From Eledone cirrhosa (taxonomy: Eukaryota): DNA of 64,000 bases. The DNA is taken from NCBI GenBank assembly GCA_964016885.1, contig OZ024757.1:10478001-10542000 (forward strand), given 5' to 3'. Below are positions 48,001 through 56,446 of the stretch, piece after piece; position 1 is the stretch's first letter; each line of letters begins with the position of its first letter. The translations under genes were made by a program, and so were the position numbers. Below the pieces are notes generated by a model, which saw only the letters and a list, made by a program, of their open reading frames with translations, was not told where the DNA came from and did not search any database.

Positions 48001-51000
48001 TTAAGTTGGGGGTAAGTTAAGTTGTGGTTAAGTTAAGTTGGGGTTAAGTTGGGGTTAAGTTAAGTTGGGGTTAAGTTAAGTTGGGGTTGAGTTAAGTTGG
48101 GGTTGAATTAAGTGGGGGTTGAGTTAAGTTGGAGTTAAGTTAAGTTGGGGTTAAGTTAAGTTGGGGTTACGTTAAGTCGGGGTTAAGTTAAGTTGGGGTT
48201 AAGTTAAGTTGGGGGTAAGTTAAGTTGGGGTTAAGTTAAGTTGGGATTTAGTTAAGTTGGGGTTAAGTTAAGTTGGCGTTAAGTTAAGTTGGGGTTAAGT
48301 TAAGTTGGGGTTAAGTTAAGTTGGCGTTAAGTTAAGTTGGGGTTAAGTCAAGTTGGGGTTAAATCAAGTTGGGGTTAACTTAAGTTTGGATTAACTTAAG
48401 TTGGGTTAACTTAAGTTGGGGTTAAGTTGGGGTTAAGTTGGGGTTAAGTTAAGTTGGGGTTAAGTTAAGTTGGGGTTAAGTTAAGTTGGGGTTAAATTAA
48501 GTTTGGTTTAAGTTAAGTTGGGGTTAAGTTAAGTTGGGGTTAAGTTAAGTTGGGATTAGGTTAAGTTGGGGTTAAGTTAAGTTGGGGTTAAGTTAAGTTG
48601 TGGTTAAGTTAAGTTGGGGTTAAGTTAAGTTGGGGTTAAGTTAAGTTGGGGTTAAGTTAAGTTGAGGCTAAGTAACGTTGGGGCTGAGTTAAGTTGGGGT
48701 TAAGTTAAGTTGGGGTTAAGTTAAGTTGGGGTTAAGGTAAGTTGGGGTTAAGTTAAGTTGGGATTAAGTTAAGTTGGGGTTAAGTTAAGTTGGGGTTAAG
48801 TTAAGTTGGGGTTAAGTTGGGGTTAACTTAAGTTGGGGTTAAGTTAAATTGGGGTTAAGGTAAGTTGGGGTTAAGTTAAGTTGTGGTTAAGTTAAGTTGT
48901 GGTTGATTTAAGTTGGGGTTGAGTTAAGTTGGGGTCGAGTTAAGTTGGGGTTGAGTTAAGTTGGGGTTAAGTTAAGTTTGGTTTAAGTTAAGTTGGGGTT
49001 AAGTTAAGTTGGGGTTAAGTTAAGTTGGGGTTGAGTTAAGTAGGGGTTGAATTAAGTTGGGGTTGAGTTAAGTTGGAGTTAAGTTAAGTTGGGGTTAAGT
49101 TAAGTTGGGGTTAAGTTAAGTCGGGGTTAAGTTAAGTTGGAGTTAAATTAAGTTGGGGGTAAGTTAAGTTGGGGTTAAGTTAAGTTGGGGTTTAGTTAAG
49201 TTGGGGTTAAGTCAAGTTGGGGTTGATTTAAGTTGGGGTTGAGTTAAGTTGGGGTCGAGTTAAGTTGGGGTTGAGTTAAGTTGGGGTCGAGTTAAGTTGG
49301 GGTTGAGTTAAGTTGGGGTTAAGTTAAGTTGGGGTTAAGTTAAGTGGGGGTTAAGTTAAGTTGGGGTTAAGTTAAGTTGGGGTTAATTTAAGTTGGGGTT
49401 AAGTTAAGTTGGGGTTGAGTTAAGTTGGGGTTGAGTTAAGTTGGGGTTGAGTTAAGTTGGGGTTGATTTAAGTTGGGGTTGAGTTAAGTTGGGGTCGAGT
49501 TAAGTTGGGGTTGAGTTAAGTTGGGGTTAAGTTAAGTTGGGGTTAAGTTAAGTGGGGGTTAAGTTAAGTTGGGGTTAAGTTAAGTTGGGGTTAAGTTAAG
49601 TTGGGGGTAAGTTAAGTTGGGGTTAAGTTAAGTTGGGGTTCAGTTAATTTGGGGTTAAGTCAAGTTGGGGTTAAGTCAAGTTGGGGTTAAGTCAAGTTGG
49701 GGTTAAGTTAAGTTGGGGTTAAGTTAAGTTGGGGTTAAATTAAGTTGGGGTTAAGTTAAGTTGGGGTTAAGTTAAGTTGGCGTTAAGTTAAGTTGGGGTT
49801 AAGTTAAGTTGGGGTTAAGTTAAGTTGGGGTTAAGTTAAGTTGGGGTTAAGTCAAGTTGGGGTTAAATCAAGTTGGGGTTAACTTAAGTTTGGATTAACT
49901 TAAGTTGGGTTAACTTAAGTTGGGGTTAAGTTGGGGTTAACTTAAGTTGGGGTTAAGTTAAGTTGGGGTTAAGTTAAGTTGGGGTTGAGTTAAGTTGGGG
50001 TTGAGTTAAGTTGGGGTTGAGTTAAGTTGGGGTTAAGTCAAGTTGGGGTTAAGTCAAGTTGGGGTTAAGTTAAGTTGGGGTTAAGTTAAGTCGGGGTTAA
50101 GTTAAGTTGGGGTTAAGTTAAGTTGGGGTAAGTTAAGTTGGGGTTAAGTTAAGTTGGGGTTTACTTAAGTTGGGGTTAAGTCAAGTTGGGGTTAAGTCAA
50201 GTTGGGGTTAAGTCAAGTTGGGGTTAAGTTAAGTTGGGGTTAAGTTAAGTTGGGGTTAAATTAAGTTGGGGTTAAGTTAAGTTGGGGTTAAGTTAAGTTG
50301 GCGTTAAGTTAAGTTGGGGTTAAGTTAACTTGGGGTTAAGTTAAGTTGGGGTTAAGTTAAGTTGGGGTTAAGTCAAGTTGGGGTTAAATCAAGTTGGGGT
50401 TAACTTAAGTTTGGATTAACTTAAGTTGGGTTAACTTAAGTTGGGGTTAAGTTGGGGTTAACTTAAGTTGGGGTTAAGTTAAGTTGGGGTTGAGTTAAGT
50501 TGGGGTTGAGTTAAGTTGGGGTTGAGTTAAGTTGGAGTTGATTTAAGTTGGGGTTGAGTTAAGTTGGGGTCGAGTTAAGTTGGGGTCGAGTTAAGTTGGG
50601 GTTGAGTTAAGTTGGGGTTAAGTTAAGTTGGGGTTAAGTTAAGTTGGGGTTAAGTTAAGTTGGGGTTAAGTTAAGTTGGGGTTAAGTAAAGTTGGGGTTG
50701 AGTTAATTTGGGGTTGAATTAAGTTGGGGTTAGGTTAAGTTGGGGTTAAGTTAAGTTTGGTTTAATTTAAGTTGGGGTTAAGTTAAGTTGGGGTTAAGTT
50801 AAGGTGGGATTAGGTTAAGTTGGGGTTAAGTTAAGTTGGGGTTAAGTTAAGTTGTGGTTAAGTTAAGTTGGGGTTAAGTTAAGTTGGGGTTAAGTTAAGT
50901 TGGGGTTAAGGTAAGTTGGGGTTAAGTTAAGTTGGGGTTAAGTTAAGTTGGGGTTAACTTAAGTTGGGGTTAACTTAAGTTGGGGTTAAGTTGGGGTTAA

Positions 51001-54000
51001 CTTAAGTTGGGGTTAAGTTGGGGTTAACTTAAGTTGGGGTTAAGTTAAGTTGGGGTTGAGTTAAGTTGGGGTTGATTTAAGTTGGGGTTGAGTTAAGTTG
51101 GAGTCGAGTTAAGTTGGGGTTGAGTTAAGTTGGGGTTAAGTTAAGTTGGGGTTAAGTTAAGTTGGAGTTAAGTTAAGTTGGGGTTAAGTTAAGTTGGGGT
51201 TAAGTTAAGTCGGAGTTAAGTTAAGTTGGGGTTAAGTTAAGTTGGGGGTAAGTTAAGTTGTGGTTAAGTTAAGTTGGGGTTAAGTTGGGGTTAAGTTAAG
51301 TTGGGGTTAAGTTAAGTGGGGTTGAGTTAAGTTGGAGTTAAGTTAATTTGGGGTTAATTTAAGTTGGGGTTAAGTTAAGTCGGGGTAAAGTTAAGTTGGG
51401 GTTAAGTTAAGTTGGGGGTAAGTTAATTTGGGGTTAAGTTAAGTTGGGGTTTAGTTAATTTGGGGTTAAGTCAAGTTGGGGTTAAGTCAAGTTGGGGTTA
51501 AGTTAAGTTGGGGTTAAGTTAAGTCGGGGTTAAGTTAAGTTGGGGTTAAGTTAAGTTGGGGTAAGTTAAGTTGTGGTTAAGTTAAGTTGGGGTTTACTTA
51601 AGTTGGGGTTAAGTCAAGTTGGGGTTAAGTCAAGTTGGGGTTAAGTCAAGTTGGGGTTAAGTTAAGTTGGGGTTAAGTTAAGTTGGGGTTAAATTAAGTT
51701 GGGGTTAAGTTAAGTTGGGGTTAAGTTAAGTTGGCGTTAAGTTAAGTTGGGGTTAAGTTAACTTGGGGTTAAGTTAAGTTGGGGTTAAGTTAAGTTGGGG
51801 TTAAGTCAAGTTGGGGTTAAATCAAGTTGGGGTTAACTTAAGTTTGGATTAACTTAAGTTGGGTTAACTTAAGTTGGGGTTAAGTTGGGGTTAACTTAAG
51901 TTGGGGTTAAGTTAAGTTGGGGTTAAGTTAAGTTGGGGTTGAGTTAAGTTGGGGTTGAGTTAAGTTGGGGTTGAGTTAAGTTGGGGTTGATTTAAGTTGG
52001 GGTTGAGTTAAGTTGGGGTCGAGTTAAGTTGGGGTTGAGTTAAGTTGGGGTTAAGTTAAGTTGGGGTTAAGTTAAGTTGGGGTTGAGTTAAGTTTGGTTT
52101 AAGTTAAGTTGGGGTTAAGTTAAGTTGGGGTTAAGTTAATTTGGGATTAGGTTAAGTTGGGGTTAAGTTAAGTTGGGGTTAAGTTAAGTTGTGGTTAATT
52201 TAAGTTGGGGTTAAGTTAAGTTGGGGTTAAGTTAAGTTGGTGTTAAGTTAAGTTGGGGTTAAGTTAAGTTGGGGTTAAGTTAAGTTGGGGTTAAGTTAAG
52301 TTGGGGTTAAGTTAAGTTGGGGTTAACTTAAGTTGGGGTTAAGTTGGGGTTAACTTAAGTTGGGGTTAACTTAAGTTGGGGTTAAGTTAAGTTGGGGTTG
52401 AGTTAAGTTGGGGTTGATTTAAGTTGGGGTTGAGTTAAGTTGGAGTCGAGTTAAGTTGGGGTTGAGTTAAGTTGGGGTTAAATTAAGTTGGGGTTAAGTT
52501 AAGTTGGAGTTAAGTTAAGTTGGGGTTAAGTTAAGTTGGGGTTACGTTAAGTCGGGGTTAAGTTAAGTTGGGGTTAAGTTAAGTTGGGGGTAAGTTAAGT
52601 TGGGGTTAAGTTAAGTTGGGGTTTAGGTAAGTTGGGGTTAAGTTAAGTTGGCGTTAAGTTAAGTTGGGGTTAAGTTAAGTTGGGGTTAAGTTAAGTTGGG
52701 GTTAAGTTAAGTGGGGGTTAAGTCAAGTTGGGGTTAAATCAAGTTGGGGTTAACTTAAGTTTGGATTAACTTAAGTTGGGGTTAAGTTGAGGTTAAGTTG
52801 GGGTTAAGTTAAGTTGGGGTTAAGTTAAGTTGGGATTAGGTTAAGTTGGGGTTAAGTTAAGTTGGGGTTAAGTTAAGTTGTGGTTAAGTTAAGTTGGGGT
52901 TAAGTTAAGTTGGGGTTAAGTTAAGTTGGGGTTAAGGTAAGTTGGGGTTAAGTTAAGTTGAGGTTAAGTTAAGTTGGGGTTAAGTTAAGTTGGGGTTAAC
53001 TTAAGTTGGGGTTAACTTAAGTTGAGGTTAAGTTGGGGTTAACTTAAGTTGGGGTTAAGTTGGGGTTAACTTAAGTTGGGGTTAAGTTAAGTTGGGGTTA
53101 AGTTAAGTTGGGGTTAAGTTAAGTCGGAGTTAAGTTAAGTTGGGGTTAAGTTAAGTTGGGGGTAAGTTAAGTTGTGGTTAAGTTAAGTTGGGGTTAAGTT
53201 TGGGTCAAGTTAAGTTGGGGTTAAGTTAAGTTGGGGTTGAGTTAAGTTGGGGTTGAATTAAGTTGGGGTTGAGTTAAGTTGGAGTTAAGTTAAGTTGGGG
53301 TTAAGTTAAGTTGGGGTTACGTTAAGTCGGGGTTAAGTTAAGTTGGGGTTAAGTTAAGTTGGGGGTAAGTTAAGTTGGGGTTAAGTTAAGTTGGGATTTA
53401 GTTAAGTTGGAGTTAAGTTAAGTTGGCGTTAAGTTAAGTTGGGGTTAAGTTAAGTTGGGGTTAAGTTAAGTTGGGGTTAAGTTAAGTTGGGGTTAAGTCA
53501 AGTTGGGGTTAAATCAAGTTGGGGTTAACTTAAGTTTGGATTAACTTAAGTTGGGTTAACTTAAGTTGGGGTTAAGTTGGGGTTAAGTTGGGGTTAAGTT
53601 AAGTTGGGGTTAAGTTAAGTTGGGGTTAAGTTAAGTTGGGGTTAAATTAAGTTTGGTTTAAGTTAAGTTGGGGTTAAGTTAAGTTGGGGTTAAGTTAAGT
53701 TGGGATTAGGTTAAGTTGGGGTTAAGTTAAGTTGGGGTTAAGTTAAGTTGTGGTTAAGTTAAGTTGGGGTTAAGTTAAGTTGGGGTTAAGTTAAGTTGGG
53801 GTTAAGTTTAGTTGAGGCTAAGTAACGTTGGGGCTGAGTTAAGTTGGGGTTAAGTTAAGTTGGGGTTAAGTTAAGTTGGGGTTAAGGTAAGTTGGGGTTA
53901 AGTTAAGTTGGGATTAAGTTAAGTTGGGGTTAAGTTAAGTTGGGGTTAAGTTAAGTTGGGGTTAAGTTGGGGTTAACTTAAGTTGGGGTTAAGTTAAGTT

Positions 54001-55207
54001 GGGGTTAAGGTAAGTTGGGGTTAAGTTAAGTTGTGGTTAAGTTAAGTTGGGGTTGATTTAAGTTGGGGTTGAGTTAAGTTGGGGTCGAGTTAAGTTGGGG
54101 TTGAGTTAAGTTGGGGTTAAGTTAAGTTTGGTTTAAGTTAAGTTGGGGTTAAGTTAAGTTGGGGTTAAGTTAAGTTGGGGTTGAGTTAAGTAGGGGTTGA
54201 ATTAAGTTGGGGTTGAGTTAAGTTGGAGTTAAGTTAAGTTGGGGTTAAGTTAAGTTGGGGTTAAGTTAAGTCGGGGTTAAGTTAAGTTGGAGTTAAATTA
54301 AGTTGGGGGTAAGTTAAGTTGGGGTTAAGTTAAGTTGGGGTTTAGTTAAGTTGGGGTTAAGTCAAGTTGGGGTTAAGTCAAGTTGGCGTTAAGTCAAGCT
54401 GGGGTTAAGTTAATTGGGGTTAAGTTAAGTTGGGGTTAAGTTAAGTTGGGGTTAAGTTAAGTTGGGGTTAAGTTAAGTTGGCGTTAAGTTAAGTTGGGGT
54501 TAAGTTAAGTTGGGGTTAAGTTAAGTTGGGTTAAGTTAAGTTGGGGTTAAGTCAAGTTGGGGTTAAATCAAGTTGGGGTTAACTTAATTTTGGATTAACT
54601 TAAGTTGGGTTAACTTAAGTTGGGGTTAAGTTGGGGTTAACTTAAGTTGGGGTTAATTTAAGTTGGGGTTAAGTTAAGTTGGGGTTAAGTTAAGTTGGGG
54701 TTGAGTTAAGTTGGGGTTGAGTTAAGTTGGGGTTGATTTAAGTTGGGGTTGAGTTAAGTTGGGGTCGAGTTAAGTTGGGGTTGAGTTAAGTTGGGGTTAA
54801 GTTAAGTTGGGGTTATGTTAAGTTGGGGTTAAGTTAAGTTGGGGTTAAGTAAAGTTGGGGTTGAGTTAATTTGGGGTTGAATTAAGTTGGGGTTAGGTTA
54901 AGTTGGGGTTAAGTTAAGTTTGGTTTAAGTTAAGTTGGGGTTAAGTTAAGTTGGGGTTAAGTTAAGTTGGGATTAGGTTAAGTTGGGGTTAAGTTAAGTT
55001 GGGGTTAAGTTAAGTTGTGGTTAAGTTAAGTTGGGGTTAAGTTAAGTTGGGGTTAAGTTAAGTTGGGGTTAAGTTAAGTTGGAGTTAAGTTAAGTTGGGG
55101 TTAAGTTAAGTTGAGGCTAAGTTAAGTTGGGGCTGAGTTAAGTTGGGGTTAAGTTAAGTTGGGGTTAAGTTAAGTTGGGGTTAAGGTAAGTTGGGGTTAA
55201 GTTAAGT
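1..55207 (+). repeat. Satellite DNA array, 16-bp consensus GGGGTTAAGTTAAGTT (11-bp variant GGGGTTAAGTT), truncated by the left window edge
   Basis: Head-to-tail repeats run continuously from base 1 to ...GGGGTTAAGTTAAGT at 55207, all in one orientation, with scattered single-base variants (GAGTTAAG, GTCAAG, AACTTAAG, GGAG, GGCG, GTGG). The ORF track has no ORF lying within it. About 3,400 monomers by length/16. Confidence 0.99.
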
Positions 55208-55286
55208 GTGGCACCTCCACGTCAGCTTTACAGTGTGGGCTGGGTGCTTTTTTGCCGTGGCGCCTCCACGACCACTTTGCGGTGGG
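55208..55286 (-). mobile_element. Short inverted fragment of the internal segment of the SINE seen at 56056 and 62115
   Basis: Reverse complement reads CCACCGCAAAGTGGTCGTGGAGGCGCCACGGCAAAAAAGCACCCAGCCCACACTGTAAA. This closely matches CCACTGCAAAGTGGTCGTTGAGGTGCCACGGCAAAAAAGCACCCAGCACTCACTGTAAA at about 62284-62342. Confidence 0.8.
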
Positions 55287-55307
55287 GTGGTGGGGTGGTA
55301 TGCGTAT

Positions 55308-55606
55308 ACCCAGCCCATTGTCATTTCCCACACAGAAAAGCTTATAGCATCGTTCTTTACCCACGATGAATCTAGCATACCCACCCCTCCACCTGGTCTC
55401 TTGAATACAACAAACATCGACCTCCTTACGTTCAAGCATTTCTACAACCTCGTTAGAGCCACCCTTTAAGGTTCCTACATTCATGGTACCAACTCTGAAG
55501 TTTTGGATTGCGTTTGGAGGTTGGGAGCGGGGATGGGGTTATGTTAGCCATCCGCGGCCGAAACAAAGAGGAGGAGCCCTTGCATTCTCGTCCATGAGGT
55601 GAATTT
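55308..55606 (-). mobile_element. RTE-clade LINE 5' fragment encoding the N-terminus of an APE-type endonuclease (truncated)
   Basis: Minus-strand translation FRVGTMNVGTLKGGSNEVVEMLERKEVDVCCIQETRWRG...YKLFCVGNDNGLG contains the APE motifs GTxNV and D(V/I)xxxQETRW typical of RTE ORFs. Homology stops at about 55308. Confidence 0.85.
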
Positions 55607-55611
55607 GTTTT

Positions 55612-56055
55612 TATGTATGTATATATATATATATGTATGTATGTGTGTGTATGTATGTATATGTATGTATATATATGTAAATATGAGTGTATATGTATAT
55701 CTGTGTATATGTATGTATATGGATGTGTATGTATGTGTATATATGTGTATATGAATGTATGCATATGTGTGTGTATGTATATATATGTGTGTATGTATAT
55801 ATATATATATATGTATGTGTAAAATTATGTATGTGTATATGTATGTATATGTATGTGTGTGTATGTGTATATATGTATATATGTATGTATATGTGTGTAT
55901 GTATGTATATGTATATATGTATGTCTGTGTATATATGTGTGTGTATGTATGTATATGTATATATATATATGTATATGTGTATGTATGTATATGTATATAT
56001 ATATGTATGTATTTATATATGTGTATGTATATGTATGTGTATGTATATGTATATT
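55612..56055. repeat. Compound (TA)/(TG)/(TATG) microsatellite
   Basis: Almost pure alternating pyrimidine-purine TATG/TATA/TGTG sequence. It is the source of the spurious Y/I/C/V/M- and H/T/Y/I-rich ORFs. Confidence 0.97.
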
Positions 56056-56403
56056 GAGGCACATGGCATAGTGGTTAGAGCATTGGCCTGGCAATCGAAA
56101 GGTTGTGAGTTCAATTCTCAGACTGGGTGATGTGTTGTTTCCTTGAGCAAGACACTTTATTTCACATTGCTCCAGTTTACTCAGCTGTAGAAATGAGATG
56201 ATAGGGACTGGGGTCCATATCATTCCACTGCAAACTGGTCGTGGATGTGCCATGGCAAAAAAGCACCCAGCACTCACTGTAAATGAGGTTGGTGTTAGGA
56301 AGGGCATCCAGCTGTAGAAATCAAGCCAGAATTAGTTCCCGTTCCACCCTTGCAAGCAGGGAAAAAGTGGACTTAAAACGAAATGATGATGATGATGATG
56401 ATG
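56056..56403 (+). mobile_element. tRNA-derived CORE-type SINE with RTE-like 3' tail, copy 1
   Basis: tRNA-like head with A box TGGCATAGTGG and B box GAGTTCAATTC. CORE-like segment CCTTGAGCAAGACACTTTA...CCAGTTTACTCAGCTGTAGAAATGAG resembles the MIR core CCTTGGGCAAGTCACTTAA...CAGTTTCCTCATCTGTAAAATGG. The tail is shared with the downstream RTE LINE and ends in (ATG)n. Confidence 0.88.
56064..56117 (+). promoter_or_regulatory. RNA polymerase III type-2 internal promoter (A and B boxes) of SINE copy 1
   Basis: A box TGGCATAGTGG at 56064 and B box GAGTTCAATTC at 56107, with tRNA-like spacing. Confidence 0.75.
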
Positions 56404-56446
56404 TATGTATGTGTATATGTATGTATGTATATGTATGTATGTGTAT

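Noticed and set aside
1-55207. Functional telomere at the left end of a chromosome
   Set aside because: A left-end telomere would be C-rich on the + strand. Here the G-rich strand points toward the unique DNA, and variants are propagated in kb-scale blocks, which indicates recombinational amplification.
1-55207. CRISPR array or coding repeat
   Set aside because: There are no unique spacers between repeats. The palindromic TTAA puts stop codons on both strands and no ORF lies within the array.
56056-56130. tRNA gene (also at 62115-62190)
   Set aside because: A and B boxes are present, but there is no convincing acceptor stem and the sequence continues into CORE and LINE-derived tail, so it is a SINE head.
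55453-56307. Cys/Tyr/Ile/Val/Met- and His/Thr/Tyr-rich ORFs of 70-170 aa
   Set aside because: They are translations of a TA/TG/TATG microsatellite, which lacks stop codons in most frames. Overlapping ORFs occur on both strands with no domain.
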